DNA from: the human T2T-CHM13v2.0 reference genome, Homo sapiens
Assembly (NCBI RefSeq): GCF_009914755.1
Contig: NC_060941.1
Length of the DNA: 64,000 bases
Strand: one strand, 5' to 3'
Shown: piece after piece, positions 15,153 to 29,667 of the stretch
Position numbering within the stretch: position 1 is the first letter of the stretch
Layout: every line of letters begins with the position of its first letter
Notes under the pieces: generated by a model
Told to the model about the DNA's origin: nothing
Seen by the model: the letters and a program-made list of their open reading frames with translations, nothing else
Databases searched by the model: none
Made by a program: the position numbers and the translations under genes

Positions 15153-15883
15153 TATCTGTATGTTTGTTGCTTTGTTCATGTGTGAAATTAGCTACAGATT
15201 TTCTTTTTCATTTTGTTTCAAGAGTTAATGGCCTCATAAAATGAGCTAGATAGCTTTCTTCCTTTTTCTATTCTTCCGAAGTAATTTTACAATATTAAAA
15301 TGATCCATTTCTTGAAGGCAGAAGTTACCTGTAAAACCAACCAGGCTTGGAGATTGTTTTTGTGTGTGTATTTAGAAAGGACAGCAGCAGGGGGGAGGTG
15401 GCCTGGATTAGTTTCTTTGATGGTAATATGTATGTTCACATTTTATATTTCTTTTTGAGCCAGTTGCGTTATATTTTTCCAGAAAATTACTTTTATAATG
15501 TAAGCTTTTAAATTTATTGGCATTAAATTGTGTATAATATTTATGTTAATTTTCTACTACCTTCCTATTATGTCTTGTCCTTTCTATTAAGAATATTATT
15601 TATTTTTATTTGCATTACTCTTCTTTTGTTCAAGTGAGCAGATATTGGTCCATCGAATTTGTCTTCTGAAAGAACCATTTTTCTTTTGTTACTCTTCATG
15701 ACTGATTCTTTGGTTTAATGTTATTAATTTTTGCTCTTATCTTTATTATTTCCTTTCTTCTAATTCCTTAGGGTTTACTCTGCTATTCTTTTTTTAACCT
15801 TTGATTTAGATACTGAGTATTGTCATTTTCAACTTTCCTTCTTTGTTTAATGTATGCATTTAAAGATATATTTTAATTATTTG

Positions 15884-16117
15884 CAGTGCTGTGCTGGAGC
15901 CAACTGTAGCTCCTATTGGCTTGCGGGAATCTATTGTGTGTATCCTTCCCAACTTCACACTTCATGTTGGTAGCTTGAAATAGACTATGTGGGATATTTA
16001 CACTATGGATATTGACAAAGGCTACAATTATAATAGTTCTTTCCCATCCCCCTTTCCCTCCAAATATACACACCAGCTTGGGGAACCTATTGGAATACAT
16101 TTACCAACACATCATTG
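15884..16117. mobile_element. MER63A-like hAT DNA transposon
   Basis: Terminal repeats cagtgctgtgctgg...ccaacacatcattg; internal gttggtagcttgaaat. Confidence 0.7.
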
Positions 16118-16369
16118 GTTGACTCCCAGATTTGGTATTTAGTGTTCATATTATGATTTTATTCTAAAATCTTATTTCTTCTTTACTCTTCGGTTGTTTA
16201 GAAGTATTTGTTAAAATTTCCAGATATATTAAATTTGTTGTTGTTGCTTCTGGCTTTTAATTTTATTGTGATGTGGTTATAGAATGCTACTTCTTTGGCA
16301 TTTGTTAGGACGTGGTTGGTAGCATACTATATGGTCAATTTATTAATTTGTAATTTTTTAATTAAAAAA

Positions 16370-16520
16370 GGTTTTAGAGACAGGATCTCGCTATGTTTCC
16401 CAGGCTGGAGTGCAGTCACTATTCACAGGCAAAAGCATAGCACACTACAGCCCTTTAACTCCTGGGCTCAAGCAATCCTCCTGCTTCAGCTTTCCAAGTA
16501 GCTAGGACTACAGGTGCATA
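16370..16520 (-). mobile_element. FAM (fossil Alu monomer)
   Basis: Retains the 7SL-derived ctattcacaggc segment absent from dimeric Alus. Confidence 0.8.
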
Positions 16521-16814
16521 ATAATTTCACTTCACACTTTATTTTTAAAAGTTTATTTATGCTTGAGAACATGTGTATTCTTTAATTCTCAGAGTTCTAT
16601 ATATGTCTCTTTGTTCAAGCTTGTTAATTATGTTGCCTCAATTGTCTATTTAATTACCAATTTTTGTCTATATAACTACTGATTTCTGCTTAGATTTATC
16701 AACTACGGATCTATCAAATCTGTGAAAGGAATCTTAAAATCTCCACTATGTTGCTATCTAAATTTCTTTTCCTTTTGTATCAGTTTTCTGTAGATTTTGA
16801 GGCTAAACTGTTAG

Positions 16815-17270
16815 TGTGAACAAAAGTTCTCTGAAAAGGAATGTGAAAGAGACTTTATTGCAGTGAACAGTTTACAAACTGGGGAGACACAGCCCTCAGT
16901 GTAAAATGAAGGTGCATTCCTGAGAACAAAGGGAGGCTTTGGGTTTCACAGTGAAAGCTCCTGTCCAGGTTCCTAATAAGATCTGTTTATGCAAATGAAA
17001 GATACAAACTTGCTTAGTTCTGACTGGGTAACAGAGCTGAGCTCTGATTGGTTGATACAGCCGAGCCCTGTTTGTTGATACAACTGAGCTTGCATCAACC
17101 TTGGTTGGTTCAGGTGAGCTCTGGAAGTATCAAGGTGGAACAGAGGTCTTGGTTTTGGCAGAACTCAGAGTTGGTGTGTGAACTGTAGTCAGCCAATGGT
17201 CGCTTGGCTCTATTATAAATGTAGGACTGGTTAGCCACTTGGGATCCATGTTGAAAGATTGGCTCTTTCA
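16815..17270 (-). mobile_element. ERV1 solo LTR (MER31-like)
   Basis: TG...CA ends; minus strand starts tgaaagagccaatctttcaacatggatccc; CCAAT boxes and octamer ATGCAAAT at 16989. Confidence 0.7.
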
Positions 17271-20108
17271 GATATATGTTCACATTAGGTACATATGTGA
17301 TTATTACATCTTTACAATTAATTTTTTCTTTAATGAATATGTAATGTCCTTCTTATTCATAATCATGTCTTTTGTCTTAATTATTCTTTCATCTGATACT
17401 ATTTTTTCACCAGTGGCTTTTTTTTTTTTTTTTTTTTTGGTTAATATTTGCCTGGTATATCCTTCTATCCTTTATCATTCACTTTTCTATTTTAGATATG
17501 CTCCTTATAAACAGCATAAAGCTAAAACTTTTCCTATTATAAGAGTTTCCACTTTTTAATTAATAAGACAATCTCTTTACATTTATTGTGCTTGATCAGC
17601 TTTTTTAAAATACTAATTCTCTTTAACTTCCTGCCTTGTACTGGCTTGATTATGAAGTTTTTGTGTGCTTATTTATATGAAATATTCCATTCATGAAGAT
17701 AAGAATTGAGACCAGTATAGGTAAAATGAACTTCACACACGCAGAACGCAGCTTTATCGAATTGTTTTTCATCCTTTGTTTGGAAATCACAGATTCTGCT
17801 CCTATTTGTTTTAGTGGTAGCCATTAGCTTTTAAACATGCATCTGTGACCTAACCCAGGACAGGAAACTTCAAGTACTTTTATTCCAATCTCATCACTTA
17901 TTCAGTTTGTAATAGCTTTTTAGTATTTTATTTAAAAAAATCCTTTAAACTACTCATTATTTCTCTTTTTGATAGTTTGAGTCAATGCCTGTCTAGATTT
18001 ACCTATAGACTTGACAACTATATTGTTTGCCTGTGAGCATTAAAAAACAATATTTTCTGTTAGTGGCGAACTGTAATAGCTTTTTATGAAAATGTCTTTA
18101 TTTTACTCTCAGTTTTTAGTTGTGGTTTAGTTGATAATAGAATTCTAAGTTGCTAGTTATTTTCCCTCAGTACTTTGAAGCTATTATTCCAGTATTTTCT
18201 ATCCTGTAATGTTGCTATTAGAAATTCTGTTGCTATTTGGGTTATTGTCCTATTTTAAGTAATCTAGTTTTTCTTCCTGGATATTTTGATTTCTTTATAT
18301 TTCATATAACTTCACTGCAACTAATCCAAGTGTGAATCTGTTTTTATTTATCTTTCTTAGAGTTATTGTGCTTCTTCAATCTAAAAATTCATGGTTTTAA
18401 AAATGAAACCTGGATAATTCTCAACTATTATCATTTTCAATAGCATTACTTTCCCATTATCTTTATTTCGTCTTTCTGAAATTCTTACTAGATGCATGTT
18501 GGATTTTCTCAATCCGTACTCTGTGTTTTTTAACATCTCTTTAAAATTTCTGATTTCTAGTATCTTTCATTCATATACTGGGTCATGTACTCAGGGTTAG
18601 CTTTCGCTGATTAATTCTTTTTCACCTTATTGTTTCTGTACCTCTAATACTTTAATTGTCTTAAATATGCACGTTGTATTCCCTTTCAGGTTATTTTTCA
18701 ATTATTTTATATTCTGAGCTGTGGTTTTTATGTTTATTATTTCTGTTGATTTTCATTCACAAGAGTAATTTCCTTGTGCATTTTATAATTTGGAATTATA
18801 ACACAAACTCTCTTTTTATTTAAGAATCTGGGAACGCTGAGTAGTTAAGGAATCCCTCCAGTGTGTTTTTGCTTTGCTTCATTTGAATAGCCCGGAGCCA
18901 CTATCAACCTAAGACCGACTTTACATTACCTTTTCAGCTCAAAGATTTTCCATGCCATGAATGTAGTAGGAAACAAACTCCAGGTGCCCAGGCCTGGGAT
19001 GCTGAGCTCTCATGGGAGAATTATTTACTGATTTCGTCTTCTATTTTTCCAGCTAGAATCATGGCTGAGACAACTTCCTTATGGTCTCTCTGAACTACTG
19101 GACAGTTTAGTAGTCCCAGTTTTTAGTAAGTGAGTTAGCAACTCACCTAGGGTCAAATTCTAGCTAACTGGGTTGGATGACTCCTCCTAATGGCGAGCGT
19201 TCCCTCATGTAACTCCCTCAGTGGCCCTCAGTTCTCTCCTAGCTTCTGCCATGGGCACACCATAGGTGTTCTTTACTTGAACACAGCCACAGATTTTTAA
19301 AAGCTGTAGTGTCTTATCCCGCATTTCTAAATGTTATTAGTGGGTGGCTCTGCGTGGTAGCCTACTCTGCTGTCTTGCAGAACTAGAAGTCCTGCCTCCT
19401 TTAGCTGATGGGAATTGTGTTAATATTGCCCCTTCCTTTTGCTTACTCAAGGTTTTCTGTGGCTATTCCAGGTCCTGGGTAGCCATTCCAAAATAGCTAA
19501 GCAACCACAGATTCCATCCAGCATGTATATATCTTTGCTCTCTTACTCCTTTCTCCATGAGTTCCAAAGAATGGGTGTGGCAGGTGGGACTGTATGAAAC
19601 CGAGGTACTCTTTTATAAGGTTGAAAATTATATCTGTTAGAGAGAATTCACTGCTGTGAATGGGTTTACTCTCACTTTAAGGTCATTGGATTCTCACCAT
19701 GTAAGAAAATATTTGATCACAAAATTCTGGGATGATTTTTCCACTTAAATTATGTGTCCATTCCAAGTGTATTTCATAGCCATGAGTTTGTTAAGCCTTC
19801 TTTATTAAAAAATAACCAGGGTTTAATATAGGGTGATATTTAATGACTTCAGTGAAAGGACATTCCAATTCTATTTCCAGAGGTTTTTAAACTTCCTTAA
19901 GTTTCTCTGAACATGCTAAATTCTTTTATAAGTTCCTTTGCTCTCCATTTTTTCCCTGAACTTACTGCTACCTTGCTTTAAAATTTTTTATTTTCTACAG
20001 AAAAGGGTGAGCAAGGGGTGGAGAAAGTCATTTTAGGCTAATTAAAAAATAACTTTAAAGACATTACTCTTTTATTCAATTTCTAGTTATTGAAAAAAAT
20101 AAAATATC

Positions 20109-20385
20109 TTTTTTTTTTCTTTTTGAGACAGAGTCTTGCTTTTGTTGCCCAGGCTGGAGTACAGTGGTGCCTCTGCCTCCCGGGTTCAAGCAGTTCTCTG
20201 CCTCAGCCTCCCAAGCAGCTGGGATTACAGGCACCCACCATCATGCCCAGCTAATTTTTGTATTTTTAGTAGAGACAGGGTTTCACCATCTTGGCCAGGC
20301 TGGTCTTGAACTCCTGACCTCGTGATCCACCTGCCTTGGCCTCCCAAAGTGCTGGGATTACAGGTGTGAGCCACGGCACCCGGCC
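20109..20385 (-). mobile_element. AluS with small internal deletion
   Basis: Dimeric Alu with poly-T. Confidence 0.9.
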
Positions 20386-20992
20386 TAAAATTATTATATT
20401 CTTTTTAATGGGTGCTTTACTTCAATCAACCCTTTTTCCCAAAGGCTTTTCTATTTATAAGTTCTGATGCACTGAGGAAGCCTATCAAGGGCAGGGGCCT
20501 CTTATTCCAACACTGTTGGTCCTCACAGAAACCCATCCCCCCTCCCACCTTCTTCTTGGTTACTAGTTATCTTGGGTAACTGAAAATATTTTGCTCATTT
20601 CTGTTTCCACGACCAATATTCGCCTAATAATCCCTACACTGCTTCATTGCCCTTCTTCAGAGTCAAGAAATTCATTCACTGCTGTGTGGTATGTTGGTTC
20701 ATGAAAAAACAGACAGACATGCTGTGGGAAGGTCTAAAGCTCTTCCTGGATGTACCACACCCTACACTCCATCCAAAAAATAAGGCTTATATCTTTTTCT
20801 AGTAAAAGATTCTACAAATTATTTTAGATCTTTTCCTCTCTCCCTAGGACTTTGTTTCTGGAGGAAAACTAGCATCCTTTTCTCTGAAGCCCACCAGTCT
20901 TTTCCCTCTGGAAGAACAAGAAGCCTTCCACACTTTCTACCTGATAGGAATATTCAAATAAGAAAATAATGAGCAGCATGAGAAGCATTTTT

Positions 20993-21128
20993 TCTTTTTT
21001 TGGAGGCAGGGTCTCACAGTTGCCCAGGCTGAAGTCAGTGGTGCAAATTCCCAGGCTCAAGTGATCATTCCACCTCAGCCTCCCAAGTAGCTGAGACTAC
21101 AGGTAGGTGCATGTCACCACACCCAGCT
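20993..21128 (-). mobile_element. Alu monomer (FRAM/AluJ-like) with 15-bp TSD
   Basis: TSD atgagaagcattttt at 20978-20992 and 21129-21143. Confidence 0.85.
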
Positions 21129-21556
21129 ATGAGAAGCATTTTTGGGTGCCTGTTAGTCACTAGGCGGTTGTCATACCTTACTTTTAACCTTCAGAGCTAC
21201 AATTACCATCCCCGTTTGACAGAGGGGAAAACTAAAGCTTGGAAAAAGTTAGGTAATTTACTACTGGTTCCATAAAAGATAGAGCTGAGATCAGGGTCAA
21301 AGTCTGTGTGGCTCAGGCCTCATGTTCTAAACCTGCCTTAAATCCTTACTCTTACTTTTCATCTCTTACTCCTAAATCTTACTCTCTTTAAACTAGACAT
21401 TTCTAGTCTCTTTTTGGGCTTCTATCGTCCCCTGTAATATTTTTATCTTAGCACTTGCCACAATGTACTGAAATCGTTTAACAATGTTTTAATCACATCC
21501 AACCTCTGTACCTCCAGGACCCAGCACAGTGCCTGGTATACATTAAAAATGTTTGA

Positions 21557-21879
<323 letters not shown>

Positions 21880-22359
21880 TTATACAGTATTTTTTTTTCT
21901 GTTGCTATTTACTCTTTTATCACCACAGGTGGCCTCCCTAAATCCCACAGCTGGAGAAGCTGAGAAGAACATGAACTTGATGAAGAATTGTAGTATCAAG
22001 TTGGGAATTAGGGGCAGTTAGAAAATGTCCAGACTCAAATCTGCTATTGAGGGAAGCGCCGTTTGATTCTGGTCTGATTCATCAGAACACATTTGGAGTC
22101 CCAAGAGTGGGGAAGCACTTTGCTTCTTAAGGCATTTTGTCTTTGTAAACACTGCCATAGAACACCTATTCAAAAATGAATAGACAGTGGAATGAATAAG
22201 AAAGACCTCACTCAACCTTTGTTTAACTGAGTGCTATTCATTTGGAAACTATTTTTTTTTCTAATAATGTAAAGTAGACCTTGATGTGTTATGGAATCCA
22301 GATAAAGTAGAAAATAGAAAAAATTTTTGTCAAAATCCTAATTTTTGTTTCAACTTGAA

Positions 22360-22692
22360 TTTTTTTTTTTTTTGAGACAGGGTCTTAGAGTTCTGTTTCT
22401 CAAGCTAGAGTGCAGTGGTGCAATCACTGTTTGCTGTAGCCTTGACTTCCAGGGCTCCATTGATCCTCCCACCTCAGCCTCTTGAGTAGGTGAGACTACA
22501 AGTATGCTGCCATGCCCTGCTAATATTTAAAGTTTTGTGTTTTGTTTTTTGTTTTTGTTTTTGTTTTTGTTTTTTTGAGATAAGGTCTTACTATGCTGCC
22601 CAGGCTAGTCTAAAACTACTGGGCTCAAGTGATCCTCCTGCCTCGGCCTCCTAAATTGCTGTGATTCCAGGCATGAACCACTGAACCTAGCC
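22360..22692 (-). mobile_element. AluJ
   Basis: Diverged dimer, gggctcaagtgatcctcc. Confidence 0.85.
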
Positions 22693-22893
22693 TCAAGTTT
22701 AATTTTTTATCAAATCAATATGGGCATATGTTTATTCAAAATTTTAATAGCACTTACAATGAAAACTGACACTTTTCATCTCTAAGTCCCACTACTTGTA
22801 TTTAACCCTTTAATTACTGTATGCCTTCTGGTATATATCTCTAAATAGTATCTTTATAGTGTTATTTCTTAACTTTTATTTTCGATGTTATCT

Positions 22894-22896
<3 letters not shown>

Positions 22897-22932
<36 letters not shown>

Positions 22933-22942
22933 TTGTGTGTGT
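22897..22942. repeat. (TG)n microsatellite
   Basis: Direct observation. Confidence 0.95.
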
Positions 22943-22944
22943 TT

Positions 22945-23187
22945 TCCTTAGACAGAGTCTGGCTCTATTGCCCAGGCTGGAGTACAGTGGCACAGTCATG
23001 GCTCACTGCAGCCTCAACCTATTGGGCTCAAGTGATCCTCTCCCCTCAGCCTCCTGAGTAGCTGGGACTACAACCACATGCCACCATACCAGGCTAATGT
23101 TTTATTTTTTGTAAATGCAGGGTTTTACCATGTTGCCAAGGCTGGTTTTGAACTCCTGGACTCAAGCGATCGTCTCACCTCAGCCTC
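22945..23187 (-). mobile_element. AluJ (5'-incomplete)
   Basis: gagtctggctctattgcccaggctgg...ctcaagcgatc. Confidence 0.85.
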
Positions 23188-24680
23188 TTCTGTTGGCTTT
23201 TTTCTATGGGCAAAATGCATTCAGCTTTCTTAAATCACCCCCACCTACTTCTCCCATTTTCTCATAGAATAGTTGTATCATAAAACCTTTTAACTGATAT
23301 CAGTGCTCAGTGTTTGCACTTCTGAGGGCTTGCAAATGTTATTCACAACTGAACTATGTTGTGCACTAAAGCAATTGTTCTCTTATCGTAGAATTTTGTT
23401 TCCCTTAGGGTTAATAATGATTTGTGGTTTTTGCTTAGTTTTTTTACACCTATCAATAATTCAGACCCAAACTTTCTAATCGGACTGTACAGCTTCATTT
23501 GATTTGACAGTTACAGCAGTTAATTCTTTCTTGACAGTCTTGGTCCTGGAAGTCCAGTTTATTTTCAGTGCATAAATCTAATTTTTTATTTTGTTTTTAT
23601 GAAATTGGGATTCTACTATATACACTTACACTGTATTGTAAGTGAATTTTTCACCAAGCAATGGATCATGAACATCTTTCATGCCTAAAACAACCTATTT
23701 AATGGATGCATAGTATTCTGTTGCCTGAACATACCGTAATCCATTAAGCTAATTGTCCATGGTGACACATTTACACAGTGTTCAATTTTTCACTTTTATA
23801 AACGACCCTGAGTCTCAGACTCCTGAAGCCCAATTTTGCCTAATTATTTCCTAAGATAAATTCTAAGCATTGAATTGCTAGGTCAAATGATATGTAGATT
23901 ATTCAAGATTTGACACAGAGTTTCCTCCAGCAATAGTGTTGAATTTGAGAAATATTGCCAATTCTGAGCTTTGTCATCTTAAACTTTTAGTCGGTCTTAA
24001 AGCTAATTATTTTAATTACCATTTATTTAATAACTCATGAGATTGTGTATGTTTTTGTATGCTGATTCGATATTTTGGCTTTAAATTTTGTGAATTGCCT
24101 GGTTATATCCTTCATTCATTTTATTCCCTGCTGCTTCTTAATAAAACCTCTCCATTTTAGTTTGTGATCATTGCTTTGCCAGACTTCTTTTTTGTATTCT
24201 AGCTCTTCATCTCTTTTCCCATGCTGTTTTCATAATTTGTTTAACCATTTGCCTGTTCATGCATCTATCTAATATTTATTGAGCACCTATTACAGTCTTC
24301 AAGGAACTGTGAACACTATAGACAAGACAATGTCATCGCTCTTATGGAACTTACATTTTAGAAAAAGGAGACATCATAAAGAAGTAAGCAAAAGCAAAAA
24401 TATCAGATTGTAAGTGTTACAGAGATTAACACTAGGTACCATGCTAGGGAATGGTAAGGCAAATCCTTTAGATTGAGCGGTTAACGAAGGTGTCTCTGAG
24501 CAGGTAACACTCTAGGACACTCTAGGTCTTTGTGACACAAGGAAGCCAGCTATCTAGTACAACATTCCAGGAGGAAGAAAGAGGGTGCATCAAGCTCCAT
24601 CTCCTGCCAATTTGAAGTATAACTTTTTAAAGGCCAAGTCCCAGTCCTATGAAGCTTTTTTGAACCCTTTTGGCCCACAG

Positions 24681-25138
24681 TGATAGAGGCAGGAGGCAGA
24701 GAACTCTCCTAGGCAGATAGGGGAGGGTTCCCAGAGAATCTCTGACCCACCGAGGTCATTGTGCACAGATGGCTTGCCTAAACATGTGGTAAAAACCTCC
24801 ATCCCTTAACACATGTGCAGTAAGGGAAATAAATGTGGAGTGGCTCAGAGTAAGGGCCCACAAAAGCCCTGGAAGGGTGGGATGGAACTGCCAGGAATCC
24901 GTGCCTTGTACGAACAGGGAACCCAGCCCCATCAGCAGATATGAAAGTCCTCATATTCAACAGTGAAGGGGGGCAACTGGCAACCTGCTTTCAGGACCCC
25001 TCTTTTTGCTGAGAGCTTTCCTTTTCACTTAACAAATTCTACTCCACTCACTCTTCGATGTCCACATGCCTAAATTTTCCTGGTCATGAGACAAGAACCT
25101 GGATCTAGCTGAGCTAAGGAGTAAAAACTCCTGCATCA
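24681..25138 (+). mobile_element. ERV1 solo LTR (MER61-like)
   Basis: tgatagaggcaggaggcag...ctcctgcatca with 4-bp TSD ACAG (24677-24680, 25139-25142). Confidence 0.85.
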
Positions 25139-25243
25139 ACAGCAAACACTGTTTTAATGTCATATAATTCTCATTGTCTGAACTACTTATTTGGCATTTA
25201 AAATTTATAGACTCATATAATAATTCATCTTAGGTTTATTATA

Positions 25244-25599
25244 CAGGTTCAGCATCCTGAATCCAAAACTCCAAAAACCAAAATGTTCCAAAATCTGAAA
25301 CTTTTTGAGTACTGACATGACATCACAAGCAGAAAATTCCACACCTGACACCTTTGCTTTCCAAAGATTCAATGTATACAAACTTTATTTCATGCACAAA
25401 ATTATTAAAAATATCATATGAAATTACCTTCGGGCCATGTGTATAAGGTGTATATAAAACATAAATGAATCTTGTGTTTAGACTGGGGCCCAACCCCAAC
25501 ATATTTCATTATGTATATGTAAATATTCCAACATCCAAAAAATCTGAAATTTAAAACACTTCTGGTCCCAAGTATTTTGGATAAAACATACTCAACCTG
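25244..25599. mobile_element. Tigger4/MER46 (Zombi) non-autonomous DNA transposon
   Basis: Terminal repeats caggttcagcatcc...atactcaacctg flanked by TA. Confidence 0.85.
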
Positions 25600-26006
25600 T
25601 ATTTTCTTTCTCAGATGAGTCAATGAATTTCTTAGAGTTAAAGTACTATATCTTATATTTATTAGTGAAGACAAACTTATCTGATATATACTAGATGCTC
25701 ATAGTTATATTTCTGAGTAATATATAAAATTATAATCTTGGTTGCTTGCTGTAGGTTTGTCTAATTCAGTCTTTGAAAGCCTGGGAAAGAGCCATGGCAT
25801 ATGAGGCCTTTGGTTCAAATAGGCTAGAAAGAAAGGAAGTTGTTTATTGCAGAATATGAAATTAAATTAAAAAGCTAAGGCATTTACTTTCTTCTTGATG
25901 AAACCTTTACAAGAAAGTGAATCAGCAGAAGAAAAAGTCTAGGCCCGGAGTACAATTTCAATAACTAGTGTTTGAAAGGGAGCAGGTCACTACCATTTCT
26001 GTGCAA

Positions 26007-26029
26007 GTGTGTGTGTGTGTGTGTGTGTG
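26007..26029. repeat. (TG)n microsatellite
   Basis: Direct observation. Confidence 0.9.
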
Positions 26030-27516
26030 AGCGCGCATGGAGTGTTTATTTAGTGTCCTCTAGGTGTTTTGGTACATGCTCGCGAATGTCAATGGAAGGG
26101 AAATGGTTATATGAAAAAATATGGTTATCGTCTTCAAAAATCATACACTAGCTGGGCCTTGGGAGAGGTGAGCGGGTGTCCTGGCTGAGCTCTCAGAGGG
26201 GTAGAGGAAAGAGACGGGGCAGGAAGGGGCTCCTTCCAGGCCCTGGGTTGTGCTGATGGTGCCATCTGGTCTCTGAACCTGCTCCAACATGAAGGCACTT
26301 CGAGACGCACATAATTAATGACAGCCTCACAGCCCCCAATGTCAAAAGACAAAATGCACTGGCTGTTGGGCACAGCTGGAAACCAGGGTAGTCAACATGG
26401 TTTGTGGAAGGTCCCAGGCTGGCCCAGGACCTACTGGGTCTCTACTGCCCCTCGCACTGGTCTGACTTTTTCCTATTCTCCCACAGCCTCCTCCTTTATC
26501 TCTCCTGCCTTCACTCTGCTTTCTCTCCATCCTGTGCTGTGGATGTATCCATGGTTCTAAGTTGGAACCACCTGTGTCTCTGGAAAGACCCCCCCCGATA
26601 GCCCCATCCACCAGCTCCTGTCACCGTGCCTGACATGTTCACCAGTGCAGGCAGTGCTTCAGCGTGGCCTTGCCCTCTGCAACCAGCCTCTGGTGAAGGG
26701 CTCATGTGCTGTTGGGCAGAGTGGTCCCTATGGTTTCAACAGGATGACTCAGGTTCACTGAGAACCGAGAGTCAGGTGATACCTGGAACCGGGCGTGTGG
26801 GAAAGACTCACTTCCAATCCAAGCAGACCCTTCACAGTGGGTGGGTACCAGGGGTGAGTTGGGCTTCTTTGTTTCAAAGAAAAGGCTGTGTGCTCTCTCC
26901 TTACCTGGATCCCACTCCAGCTGCCCCCAGCCCTGTACCCACCCCTCAGCCTGCATCCTGACATCTTGCTCATTCACTTCGTCATGCTCACTTGGCAAAA
27001 TCCTCAACCGCCAGGGAAAGCCGACTTTGCCTCCTCACACCTGCGCTTGACCAGCTGCAGGCATCAGGGAAACATGGACCGGCCTCATGGCCACTCAGGG
27101 CCCAGGCCTGATGCCCAGGGACCTCAGCCCTCTCTCATCTTCACATCCCACACACTCTCCTCTCTGCTCAGACCCTGCCTTCCTCCCCATCCCTGGCTCT
27201 CTGTTCCCACGGTGATCTGTCCCTGCTCCTGTCTGAAGCTGGTCCCTCTCCTTGTGCGCTTAATTTCATACCCTCATCCACTGAACATTGTTCCAGAAAC
27301 CCTCCTCCTCCCTCTCCTACAAAGCCAGTTTCTTATTTTCTATTGTATCTTTCTCACAAACTTAAAACATGCTATTTTGCCCATTTTAAGAGAAAACAAG
27401 ACAAACAGATACCATCTTGATTCCTCTTCCCCTGCTGGCCACCCCCTCATTTCTTTGCTTACGTCTGCAGCAGAATTTGCAAGGGCTGTCTACACTTGCT
27501 GTTTTCAGTTACACTC

Positions 27517-28264
<748 letters not shown>

Positions 28265-28592
28265 CCCTGCTCCTATGCTCTCTTCAACCCACCAAACAGG
28301 CTCCTGCCCCCACCAGTCTGCTGTAATTGCTCTTGTCAAGGTCACGCCTGGCCTCCACACTGCTAAATCCACAGGGTGAGTGTTCACCCTCATCTTACTT
28401 GACCTCTCAGCAGCACTTCACCCAGCTGAGTACTCTCTCCTCCTTGATTCACTTTCTTCTCTTGGCTTCTGGTACACCATGCTCCTTGCTTTTCTTCCTA
28501 CTTCATGGTTTGCTCCTTGTCAGCCTGTTTTCCTGGTTCTTCTCTCTCAATCTCTTCAAGTTGGAGCACTCCAGGGCTCAGTCCTCAATCCT

Positions 28593-28900
28593 CTTCTTTC
28601 TTTTTTTTTGTTTTTGAGACAGAGTCTCACTCTTGTTGCCCAGGCTGCAGTGCAGTGGCGTGATGTCAGCTCACTGCAACCGACAGTGAGTGAGACTCAC
28701 TGAACCCTCCTGGGTTCAAGCAATTCTCCTGCCTCAGCCTCCCAAGTTGCTGGGATCACAGGTGCCCGCCACCACGCCCGGCTAATTTTTGTATTTTTAG
28801 TAGAGATGGGGTTTCATCATGTTGTCCAGGCAGGTCTCGAACTCCTGACCTCAGGTGATTCACCTGCCTCAGCCTGGGATTACCGGCATGAGCCATTTCA
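28593..28900 (-). mobile_element. AluS with internal rearrangement
   Basis: Alu dimer; extra bases at 28681-28705. Confidence 0.88.
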
Positions 28901-29222
28901 CGTGGACTGGTGATGCAATCCAGTCTGAAGACTGTGAATACCACCTAGATGCTTAGCAACTCCCAAATGTGCCTCTCTAGCTTGGATGTTTACAGCCATC
29001 TCCAGACTTGTCGATCCAATTGCCCCTTCAGCATTTCCGCCAAAATGCCTAAAAGACATTGCAAACTCAACAGGCCCCAGATGGATTCCTGATCTCCCCC
29101 CAGATATTCACAACCTTCCACATCTTTGTTGATAGCAACTCTATTCTTTCATTTGTTTAGCTCAGTTCTTTACACCCTCCTCTCTTTCTCTCATATCCCA
29201 ATTTTTCAGGAAATCCAGCTGA

Positions 29223-29667
<445 letters not shown>

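Noticed and set aside
17740-17753. agaacgcagct resembles a 5.8S rRNA motif
   Set aside because: Only about 11 nt match and the flanks are unrelated
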